DNA from: an uncultured Verrucomicrobiae bacterium | Lineage (GTDB): Bacteria; Verrucomicrobiota; Verrucomicrobiia; Limisphaerales; UBA11358 | NCBI GenBank assembly: GCA_963708525.1 | Contig: CAVPTH010000009.1 | Span: 94,648-158,647, forward strand | Direction: 5' to 3' | Length of the DNA: 64,000 nt | Part shown: one piece after another, positions 1 through 8,900 of the stretch | Layout: every line of letters begins with the position of its first letter | Position numbering within the stretch: the first letter of the stretch is position 1 | Position numbers and translations under genes: made by a program | Notes under the pieces: model-generated | What the model saw: the letters and a program-made list of their open reading frames with translations, nothing else | Database searches by the model: none | Told to the model about the DNA's origin: nothing

Positions 1-453
1 GTGGTGAAGGTGGAAAATTTCTGGAAAGCGACTTCGCTCATCGCGCAGACGACGCTGCGCAGCGTGCTCGGCCAGTCACCGTTGGACGACCTGCTGGCGC
101 AACGCGATATCATCAACCAAAAGCTCCAGGAAATCATTGATAAACAAACCGAGCCGTGGGGCGTCAAAGTCACCGCCGTCGAGGTGAAGGACGTGGCGTT
201 GCCGGACAGCATGAAACGCGCAATGGCCAAACAAGCTGAAGCCGAACGCGAACGCCGCGCGAAAGTCGTGAACGCGGAAGGTGAATTCCAGGCCGCCGAG
301 AAAATGGTGCAGGCTGCGGCGTTGATCGCCAAAGAACCGATTGCATTGCAACTGCGCTATCTCCAGACCATGCGCGAAATGGCCAGCGAACACAACACGA
401 CCACCTTCCTGCCGTTGCCGATCGATTTGTTCAGCGCGTTTTTGAAGAAATAA
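1..453 (+). CDS. SPFH/band-7 family protein (stomatin/QmcA-like), C-terminal portion; true 5' end probably upstream of window
   Basis: The ORF is open from base 1. It has an SPFH core followed by an Ala/Glu/Arg-rich helix (KRAMAKQAEAERERRAKVVNAEGEFQAAEK), typical of stomatin-like proteins. Confidence 0.8.
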   Translation: MVKVENFWKATSLIAQTTLRSVLGQSPLDDLLAQRDIINQKLQEIIDKQTEPWGVKVTAVEVKDVALPDSMKRAMAKQAEAERERRAKVVNAEGEFQAAEKMVQAAALIAKEPIALQLRYLQTMREMASEHNTTTFLPLPIDLFSAFLKK

Positions 454-476
454 ACCGTGAGGCCAATTCAGTAAAA

Positions 477-851
477 CTACAATTTGCAGGCACGCGAAAC
501 ATGGCAGCGGTGCGTGGCAAATTTTCGATAACCCCGGTCGAAAATATTTCTACCCAGCGGCGCTATGGAAAACAGGTAAACCGGATAGGCCCACCAGATC
601 CTTCTCATAACGTAGCGATAAGTGTCAGCGCCCCGGATTTGTTCGCCATTTGTCAGCCACAAGCGTAAGTCTTGTAGCAACTCGTCTTCGTTCAACCGCA
701 GCTTTTCTTTAATCCAATCAGCTTGCAGCGGCGCGATTTCAAATCCTCGTTTCCGCAAGGTATTTGCCCAAAACGGCACCCAGCGCCGGCAAAAGCCGCA
801 GGTATCGTCATATAGAATCCAGCCGTATGGTTTAGGGTTGGCTTGTTTCAT
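477..851 (-). CDS. DCC-family thiol-disulfide oxidoreductase (DUF393)
   Basis: 124 aa with an N-terminal ILYDDTCGFCRRWV (DxxCxxC) motif characteristic of the DCC1-like family. Confidence 0.75.
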   Translation of the reverse strand: MKQANPKPYGWILYDDTCGFCRRWVPFWANTLRKRGFEIAPLQADWIKEKLRLNEDELLQDLRLWLTNGEQIRGADTYRYVMRRIWWAYPVYLFSIAPLGRNIFDRGYRKFATHRCHVSRACKL

Positions 852-1591
852 TGCGTCAGCTTGGCACCTTGAAACACTTTAACTTCCGAACCGTCCGCGA
901 GAAAAGCCAAAGACGGAGGGCGGTTGAAAATCTCCCGGAAATTTTCTCCATACAAATTGGCCGCGTCGCAATGAAGTTCCGTTGCCCGGGCCTCCCAAAC
1001 GCGCCAGCGGGGGTGCTCCACCCGATATTCCATGGTTGAGCCATCGCGCTGCTTTGTGTAGCCCCAATAATGCTCGCTGATGAACCCGGATAACGAACCG
1101 TTCACCACTGGCCGGGCACAGTCGGACACGGCTACGTTCATAAAATTCGCGCGGCCCTTCGAGCGCCAGGAATAGGAAACGGATTTTATTTCGTCCTGGA
1201 ACTTTTCAATCCGATGCGCCATCGGCACCGCAAAATAGTTTTCATTGTAACATTTCCGCGCGACGAAAGCGACGGCTCTTCGCGGAACAAATTCCCGGAT
1301 GAAAACAACCCCGCGCTGCCAACTATTGTCCACTTTCCGGCGAACGTAAAATCTCAAATTGACTTCTTCGAAATTGCGGTGAAACGGGATGGGTATTCCG
1401 CCGACACATGCATGCCGAAAGAGAAACCCGACAAGGCTGATATAAGCTTTGCCGTTCCAAAAATCCAATTCCGTGCCTGCAGGGACGAAAGGTGCGAGCA
1501 CCGCTGGATCTATTTCGTAATTGAGCATCGCCAGATAACGCCATTCGGCGGTTAGAAAGACCCGGGGCGAACTGGATATGGTTTTGCCCAT
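848..1591 (-). CDS. DUF2071 (YqjF-like) family protein
   Basis: 247 aa. The N-terminus FLTAEWRYLAMLNYEIDPAVLAPFVPAGTELD..GKAYISLVGF matches my recollection of DUF2071. It overlaps the downstream DCC gene by 4 nt. Confidence 0.65.
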   Translation of the reverse strand: MGKTISSSPRVFLTAEWRYLAMLNYEIDPAVLAPFVPAGTELDFWNGKAYISLVGFLFRHACVGGIPIPFHRNFEEVNLRFYVRRKVDNSWQRGVVFIREFVPRRAVAFVARKCYNENYFAVPMAHRIEKFQDEIKSVSYSWRSKGRANFMNVAVSDCARPVVNGSLSGFISEHYWGYTKQRDGSTMEYRVEHPRWRVWEARATELHCDAANLYGENFREIFNRPPSLAFLADGSEVKVFQGAKLTQ

Positions 1592-1651
1592 GGCAGATGA
1601 TTTTACTCAATTTCCATTCGACAATCAGCAATCGAAAAATGAAATTGAGGT

Positions 1652-1897
1652 ATGCCGCTGTACGAATACGAGTTGTGCGAGGGTGACTGCAAGGTTTGCG
1701 GCGGGCGGTTCACGCTGCGCCGGCCGCTGTCCGCCAAACCGCTGACGAATTGTCCGGCGTGTAAAAAGCCGGTGCGCAAAATCATTTCCGGTTTCAACAC
1801 CCCTACCAAACTCAAACCCCTGTCTGTTTCCGACGCCAAAAAGGCCGGGTTTACCGTGCTGAAGAAGGTCAGCAAAGGCGAATACGAACGGCAGTAA
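1652..1897 (+). CDS. FmdB-family zinc-ribbon protein
   Basis: 81 aa. MPLYEYELC..C..CGGRF plus a second CPACKK pair (CxxC_CxxC_SSSS type). Confidence 0.8.
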   Translation: MPLYEYELCEGDCKVCGGRFTLRRPLSAKPLTNCPACKKPVRKIISGFNTPTKLKPLSVSDAKKAGFTVLKKVSKGEYERQ

Positions 1898-1942
1898 ATC
1901 CGTTTTGACGCATGTGCTAATCTGCGGTAGGGTGAAGGTTGA

Positions 1943-2987
1943 ATGGAAAGCCGCCTCTTTCATTTAAGATGCACACCGCTTTTGGTTCTGGCGGCGATGG
2001 TAGCGGTGCCCTTTGCCAGGGCGGAACCGCCGACAACCAATGCCTGGAAGCCGATTATTTTTTCGACGCCGGACAACAACGTGATTTCCTCCAACCCGAC
2101 CTCGCCCTCAACCCAACCGGTGCTGCCGGCGAATCTGCAAGGGAGCCTGTTTGATAACACTACGCCGGTGCCTTCTTTCAATTTTGGTCCGGCACCCGCT
2201 CCGGACGCAGGGCGGCGGGTCCAAAAAAAAATCCGACGACCGTGCGGATTGGGCTTTCCAGACCCCCGCAGAAATTATGGGGGTGGCACCGGAACAAATA
2301 CTGTCAAACGGGAAACGAAACGACGATGGTCGGCAGAAAAACCTGACCCCGCTTGAACGTTACCTGGAAGGACGGAACCCGGGTTCCAAATCCAGGTCGA
2401 ATCCCTCCTCATCCCAGAACTACCGGGGAGGTGAAAATGCCCAGACCAATAGTGACGACTTTTCTTCTGATCAGATGAACGCGGGCTGGGGCGACCTGCA
2501 GTCGTCCGCTACTCCCGGTCAGCCTTTAAACGCCATGCCGAATACGGTAGTGGTTAACAATTTGTTTGGTAACCCGAATCAAGATTCCGTCTGGGGGAAT
2601 GCATTGGGCTCGCCGGCGCCGCAGCCTGCTCAAAACCCCGTCAACGCCCTGCAACAACAGGCGGACATGGACCAGTTCCGGCGAATGCTTAATCCGGGCT
2701 TGGTACCAGCCACCGCGACTGCCATCGTACCGGACAGCGCCCCATCGCTTAAATCGCAAATCGCTCTGCCGTTTTCCAGTTCCACGCAACCGCTGGTCAA
2801 TCCGATCGGAGCCTCATTCGCTCCCTTAAACAGTGGCATTGGTCAACCGAGTCCTTTGACGCAACTTCCCGGCATTACCAGTCAGGCCAACATGCAATCC
2901 TCACTCGCGCCGGCCTGGGCGCCGCAACCCGCCCCCTGGACCTCACCCAATCCCCAGCCGTTCGCGGTTCCCCAGCGTAAATTCTGA
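1943..2987 (+). CDS. Secreted Pro/Gln/Asn/Ser-rich protein of unknown function; reading frame broken at an A9 run (2223-2231)
   Basis: ORF 1943-2356 carries a signal peptide (LLVLAAMVAVPFARAEP). ORF 2151-2987 only looks protein-like after the A9 run. Removing one A joins ..APDAGRRVQKK to SDDRADWAFQTPAEIMGV... Confidence 0.55.
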
Positions 2988-3001
2988 GCCGGCAACGCTA
3001 A

Positions 3002-4738
3002 TCAGTGCGACGAGGTCATCACGAGGACCTGTTCCAGGGTGGAGACACCCTCCCGGGCACGATCCATGGCGACCATGCGCAAGGTGCGCATACCCTGGCT
3101 GATGGCCACCTTGGCCAATTCACGCGTATTGGCCCGCGCGATGACGAGTTTACGGATTTGATCGGAGATGGTCATGGCCTCAATGACCGCGAGGCGCCCG
3201 CTGTACCCGGAATTCTTGCAGCGCTCGCAACCGCGCCCGCGATAAAGTTGCAGGCCTTCGAGCGTGGCGGGATCGATACCGAGGTCCTCGAACATCTTTG
3301 GAGGATAGGTCACCGGTTCCTTGCAATGCGGGCAGATGCGGCGCATCAGGCGTTGGGCACAGGAGAGAATCACGGAGGAGGAGATCAAAAACGGGGCGAT
3401 GCCCATGTCATCCAGCCGGGCGATGGCGCCCGGGGCGTCATTGCAATGCATGGTACTGAGCACCTGATGGCCGGTGAGCGCGGCTTCAATGGCGATTTCG
3501 GCGGTCTCGGTGTCACGGATTTCCCCGATCATGATGATGTCCGGGTCCTGGCGGAGAATCGAACGCAACGCGTTGGCGAAGGTCAGGCCGATTTCCTTCT
3601 TGGTAGGCACCTGATTGATGCCGGGAATCTGAAATTCCACCGGGTCTTCCACGGTGACGATGTTGTAAATGGGGTTGTTGAGTTCGTTCAACGCGGAGTA
3701 AAGCGTTGTCGTTTTGCCCGAACCGGTCGGGCCGGTGACGAGAATCAATCCGTGTGGAGCTTCAATGGCGTTCTTGACTTGTTTGAAAGTTTCGGCATCC
3801 AATCCCAGTTTGTCGATGCTGGCGGAAAGATTGGTCTTGTCCAATACGCGCAACACGATTTTTTCGCCGTGCACGGTGGGCAACACCGAAACGCGCAGGT
3901 CGTAGTCCTTGCCACCCACCCGCACCCGCATGCGGCCGTCCTGGGGCAAACGACGTTCGGCGATGTCGAGACTGCTCATGATTTTGAACCGCGAGGCCAG
4001 GGCCAGCTGCATTTGCTTGGGTGGCGGTGTGGCATCAATCAACACACCGTCGACGCGGTAACGCAACCGCATGGTTTTCTCGAACGGCTCCAGGTGCACG
4101 TCACTGGCGTGATCCTTGATGGCCTGAACAACGATCAGGTTGGCCAGCTTGATGACCGGCGCCTCGCCACTGGAGGCAGCCAGTTGGTCGAGGTTGACCT
4201 CTTCCAGGGTTTCTTTGATCGTTTCAATCGAGGCGTCTTCATCATTCTCACGCTGTTTTTCAGCGTCTTGAATGATATCTTCCATCGAACTTCCTTTGGC
4301 GGAATCGATCGCAGCCAGTTTGTCCACGATGGCTTTTTCCGAGGCAATCAGCGGGGCAATTTCCAGGCGGGTCAGGCGCTTGACGTCGTCGAGGGCCAGC
4401 ACATTCAATGGGTCGGCCATGGCCAGAAACAACTTGTTTTCCAGCCGTGATACGGGAACCACCTTGTAATTATGCGCGGCATCCCGCGGCAACAAATCGG
4501 CAATTTCCAGGGGAACCGTCAGCCGGGCGAGATTGATGGAAGGCACATTCAGAACACGGCCCATGGAAACCGTCAAATCCTGTTCGCTGACATAGGCTTT
4601 CTCGATGATCAGTTTGACCAGTCGCGTGCCCCCCTTTTTTTGTTCCTCCAGCAGTGACTCCACCTGTTGGGCCGTCAACAAGCCATCCTCGACCAGGGCG
4701 TCGGCAATGCGTTCTCCGAATGATTTGACTTTGGCCAT
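3002..4738 (-). CDS. pilB: Type IV pilus / type II secretion ATPase (PilB/GspE family)
   Basis: 578 aa with an N-terminal T2SE_Nter/MshEN-like domain, Walker A GPTGSGKTTT, Asp/His boxes and a C-terminal CPHC...CERC zinc tetracysteine. Confidence 0.93.
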   Translation of the reverse strand: MAKVKSFGERIADALVEDGLLTAQQVESLLEEQKKGGTRLVKLIIEKAYVSEQDLTVSMGRVLNVPSINLARLTVPLEIADLLPRDAAHNYKVVPVSRLENKLFLAMADPLNVLALDDVKRLTRLEIAPLIASEKAIVDKLAAIDSAKGSSMEDIIQDAEKQRENDEDASIETIKETLEEVNLDQLAASSGEAPVIKLANLIVVQAIKDHASDVHLEPFEKTMRLRYRVDGVLIDATPPPKQMQLALASRFKIMSSLDIAERRLPQDGRMRVRVGGKDYDLRVSVLPTVHGEKIVLRVLDKTNLSASIDKLGLDAETFKQVKNAIEAPHGLILVTGPTGSGKTTTLYSALNELNNPIYNIVTVEDPVEFQIPGINQVPTKKEIGLTFANALRSILRQDPDIIMIGEIRDTETAEIAIEAALTGHQVLSTMHCNDAPGAIARLDDMGIAPFLISSSVILSCAQRLMRRICPHCKEPVTYPPKMFEDLGIDPATLEGLQLYRGRGCERCKNSGYSGRLAVIEAMTISDQIRKLVIARANTRELAKVAISQGMRTLRMVAMDRAREGVSTLEQVLVMTSSH

Positions 4739-4742
4739 GATC

Positions 4743-5594
4743 TTAACGGAAAGCTTTGCGGATGTTTAGCATGAGGTTCGCCGGCGACGCCAGATACCAG
4801 AGCAACCGGTTGGTCGTAGTCTCGGCCAGTTCCTTGGCTGCTTGCTGGTTGAACGGATTCGCCGTCGCCACCAAAATGCCCTTGCTCATCCGGTCGAAGG
4901 GCAGCAGACACCAGCGCCGGCAAATCGCCATGGGAAATCCGCGCGCCAATTCCATGTCCAGCTCATATTTATCGAGCGGCAGATAGGCCAGACGCGATTT
5001 GTCCGACAGCAATTTGAGGGATTTCTCGATCGGCAAAATACTTTTTTCCGACAGGGCGTGAACGAAGGGTTCGATCACGTCTGTGGGCGGCCGGGTCATA
5101 TCGGGCGAGTGCCACCATAAATCGAAATCACCAGCGGAGATAATGCGACCTTCAACGAAAATTTTATGCATCGCCTTCCGGCCGTCATCCACTTCTTCCG
5201 CCGTCGCGCGGGTCTTCTTTTTGAATCGAGCCGTGTCCGAGGAAGGCGTCAGCGCCGTCGGCTCGACTCCCGAAATTTGTTGTACGGCCACGTTGTTGGC
5301 CTTGTCCTCGATCTGTTTCAACGCCAACTGCACATCGGTGTCGTTCGGACGGCGCTGCAAGACTGTCTCGTATTCCAAAATGGCCGAGGAAAGTTGTCCC
5401 ATTTGCAGGTACGCCTGGGCGATGCGCTTGGAGGTGGTGATGACGTCGGGTTCGCGGCCGAGCTTGGTGTAAGCTTCCTTAAGGATTTCCAGCGATTGGC
5501 AATCGTTCGGCTGCGATTGTACAATGACTTCGAACATCTCAATTGTCTGCTGCAATTGAGCTTCTTCACCTGCATTTAACGTCGCTGTAGCCAT
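4743..5594 (-). CDS. TPR plus T2SE_Nter (GspE N-terminal-like) domain protein, co-oriented 4 nt upstream of pilB
   Basis: I place the start at MATATLNAGEE (ATG complement at 5592-5594). The N-terminal half is TPR-like (AYTKLGREPD..AQAYLQMGQLSSAILEYETVLQRRPNDTD). The C-terminal half resembles T2SE_Nter (LAYLPLDKYELD..LLPFDRMSKGILVATANPFN). The longer 475-aa ORF extension is low-complexity and overlaps the opposite-strand gene. Confidence 0.7.
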   Translation of the reverse strand: MATATLNAGEEAQLQQTIEMFEVIVQSQPNDCQSLEILKEAYTKLGREPDVITTSKRIAQAYLQMGQLSSAILEYETVLQRRPNDTDVQLALKQIEDKANNVAVQQISGVEPTALTPSSDTARFKKKTRATAEEVDDGRKAMHKIFVEGRIISAGDFDLWWHSPDMTRPPTDVIEPFVHALSEKSILPIEKSLKLLSDKSRLAYLPLDKYELDMELARGFPMAICRRWCLLPFDRMSKGILVATANPFNQQAAKELAETTTNRLLWYLASPANLMLNIRKAFR

Positions 5595-5927
5595 GCCTCG
5601 AAATCGACCACCGTCATTCTCACCCAACATATGCGGTAAGACACAGTTTTTCAGCAATTTTCCTGCCAGCCTGAACAAGGTTGAGCGGCCAATTCCGGCG
5701 GCTGCACCGTGCCCGATAAGAAACTTCGCAACGGCACTTTTACGATTTAAGTTTTGGTCTTTTCCTGCTAAAACCCCGCCAATGGAGAGGCCCATGCCAA
5801 CCATGACGCCCCCCGCCGGTGAACGCCTGGTGCGTTTCGTGGGTGATCGTATCCGTTTCACTTTGCACGATGGCAAGCCGCCCTCCAACCCGGCCCCAAC
5901 GGATGGCCCCCCGGCAGCTGGCGCGGG

Positions 5928-8900
5928 TTGCTTCGTACTAACCTCGGCCGCAGCCTGGCCCGGCGCCGCGAAATTATCGCCGGCCACGCCGGCGGAGCCG
6001 GTCACGCCGGCACTTCCTGGCATGACCTGCCCATGCAGAAAAAGGGCGACACCTGGGAAATCGAATTGCCGCTGGCCGAGGTCGGCTTTTTCAAAGCCAA
6101 ACCTTATCTGCTGGACGCCAAAGGCTGGCAACACTGGCCGGAGGGACCCGATGTGGGCATCAGTGTTCATCCGGATTTTTGCCGTACCGCGAATACCATT
6201 TACTGCGCCTTCACCCGGCTCTTTGGAACGACTCGCACCGCTGCGATTGCCGTGGATCCACAGTTACAGTTTCAACTTAACCCCCTTGATTCCCAGGGTT
6301 ACACCGTTATTCCTCCGTCCGGTAAATTGCGCGACTTGACACGGCAGTTGCCTCATATCGTGCAAACACTCGGCTGCCGCCTCCTGCATCTGCTGCCCGT
6401 GCATCCAACGCCGACGACTTACGCACGGTTCGGACGATTTGGCAGTCCCTACGCCGCGCTGGATCTGACGGCGATCGATCCGGCACTCGCCGAATTCGAC
6501 CATCGCACTACCGCCATCGATCAGTTTTGCGAACTCACCACTGCGGCACATGCGCTCGGAGCACGGGTGTTCCTCGACATCGTCATCAATCACACCGGCT
6601 GGGGTGCCGTTCTGCAGGAAAATCATCCTGAATTTTTCCTGCGGCAACCCGACGGTGCTTTCGCCAGCCCGGGCGCGTGGGGGGTCACCTGGGGTGATCT
6701 GGTGGAATTGAAACAGGACGGCGTTGCGCTCTGGGATATCATCGCCGATGCGCTACTCACCTGGTGTCGCCGCGGAGTGGATGGTTATCGCTGTGACGCC
6801 GGCTACAAAATTCCCGTTCCGGCGTGGCAATACATCATCACCCGCGTTCAGGAGGAATTTCCCGAGGCCATCTTTCTGCTCGAGGGACTGGGCGGCTCCT
6901 GGGAGGCCACGGAAAATCTGCTCACCGAGGGTGGCATGCAATGGGCTTATTCCGAACTGTTTCAAAATTATTCCGGACAGGAGGTGGCTCAATACCTCGA
7001 TTACGCGCTGCGTCAGAGCGCGCGGGTCGGACTTTACGTGCATTACAGCGAAACGCATGACAACGAACGGCTCGCCAAACGTGGCCGGGCCTGGTCACTG
7101 CTGCGCAATCGCTTCTGTGCCTTGACCAGCATCAGCGGCGGGTTTGGGTTCACCTGCGGCGTGGAATGGCTCGCCGCCGAAAAGATCAAAGTTCACGACT
7201 GCACGGGCCTGGCCTGGGATAGTCATGACAATATCGTCCCCGATCTGGCGCAGTTGAACCGGCTGCTGGCCGACCATCCTTGCTTCTTCGATGGCGCAAT
7301 GCTCACCCGGCTAAGTACGCCCGATTCGCCGGTGTACGCCTTGTTGCGCGAGTCTTTCGAAGGCCAGGATTCCGTGGTTGTCCTGGTCAATACCGACGCG
7401 GAAAAGGAAAATTCCATCACCATCATGGACCCGGAAAACCGGGTTCCGAATTGTAAAATTGAATTACTTGGCCAGTCGCTGCCGAAAACGGTCATGGACG
7501 GCAGCCAAATGACATTCACCCTCCCGGCGGGGGCTTGTCATTGCCTCGCGCCGACGCCGCAACCGCAGGGGATGAGCAGTGATGCCTATCGCCGCGCCCG
7601 GGCTCAAGCCGCGTTTGCCATCCAGGCGATGAGTTGGGTTTTACCAATCCAGACGATTCCGAATTTCCCCTGGCAGGAACTCGCGGGCCTGATTGATAAT
7701 ACTCCAGGCCAATTCCTCGCCGCCATCACCTGTCTGGCAGGCGAATTTTCCGGGGCTGAAAGGAACCATTCCGAAATTACGGCGATGACAGCCCGGTTGA
7801 TGGCACTTGCGAAATCGCTGCAAAAATATCCTTCAGTCGTTGAGTGGACGTTGATCGATCAACGCCGGATTACACTCGTGCCACCGGATCATTGGTTGCT
7901 GGTTGAAGACAGCGCGCCTTTTCGAGCCAGGCTGGCAACCAGAAACGGGAATGGTTCAGTGCAAACACCGGAACATGTCCAATCCATCGGCGTTCGCAGC
8001 GGTTACGTCGCCTGTTTCCCGCCCCGGGCAAATACAGCGGAAGCGGAATTGGTCCTGGAACGTTATGCCGCAATATCACAAAAGGTTTCCGCGACGGTCC
8101 GTTTTCTTCCGGCGGGACCGGAATCCGGTATCTGGAATCCGAAATCCGAAGCCGTGGTTCTTTTGACCAACGGCATTGGCGGCATGGCCCGCATTCGCGT
8201 GGACCTCGGCCGCATTCATTCCAAGTACGACTGCGTATTGGGTGCGAATCTGGATCCGAACGTGCCGGTGGACCGGCATATTTTTGTCAAACGCATCCGC
8301 GCCTGGGTGAATGCCGACGGTTTTCTCTCGCCTCTGGACGCAAAAAACCTGTCCTCGTTCGCAGCGGGTCCCCCGGCGATCTGGAAATTTGTCGCCGATG
8401 CCGGTGACGGGCGCACCGTCGAGATCGGGTTGCGTGCCGAAATGCTCGCGGGCAAAAATACAACGGTCCTGCAATTCAGCCGGCCGACCGCCGAACGTGC
8501 CTGTGGGAAGCAATTGCCTGCTGCCGCCGATGTGCGTCTGACCGTGCGGTTTGATATTGAGGATCGGAATTTTCATTGGGAAACCAAACGCAACGGCGGG
8601 TCGGATTACCATTTTTCAACAAACACTCACACGCTGCCGGCCTCGGGACCCGGGAACGACGATTCGATTTGTGGTTTTGCTTTTACACCGGCGGCCGATC
8701 GCCGATTGCGTATATTCGCGAACGCCGGCGAATACCATCCGCAGCCGGAGTGGAGTGAAAATATCCCACACCCGGCCGAACTGAGCCGCGACCAGACCGG
8801 CAGCGGTGATGCCTACAGCCCGGGCTGGTTTGAGATCCCATTGTCCCAGGGCGCAACGGTAACGCTGGTCGCAACGGCAGACATGGAGGAATCCCTTCTC

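Noticed and set aside
2223-2231. Programmed ribosomal frameshifting at the A9 tract.
   Set aside because: I saw no obvious downstream stimulatory hairpin or pseudoknot. A dozen other frame breaks in the window lack slippery sites, so error or simple slippage is the more economical explanation.
3005-4450. A 481-aa ORF antisense to pilB. Similar long antisense or alternate-frame ORFs occur at 12591-13280, 30308-31054, 49661-50296, 51231-52010, 52259-52963, 55497-56132, 57324-58061, 59680-60585, 60902-61537, 61601-62176, 62744-63421 and 27676-28350.
   Set aside because: Each lies opposite to, or out of frame with, a gene carrying strong family motifs. Their translations are Arg/Gly/His-rich low-complexity strings, typical of stop-codon-poor antisense frames in GC-rich DNA.
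5595-6170. An N-terminal 192-codon extension of the TPR/T2SE_Nter ORF (track ORF 4743-6170).
   Set aside because: The extension is Gly/Ala/Pro low-complexity sequence. It overlaps the opposite-strand GH13 N-terminus, and an internal ATG at 5594 begins the recognisable TPR region.
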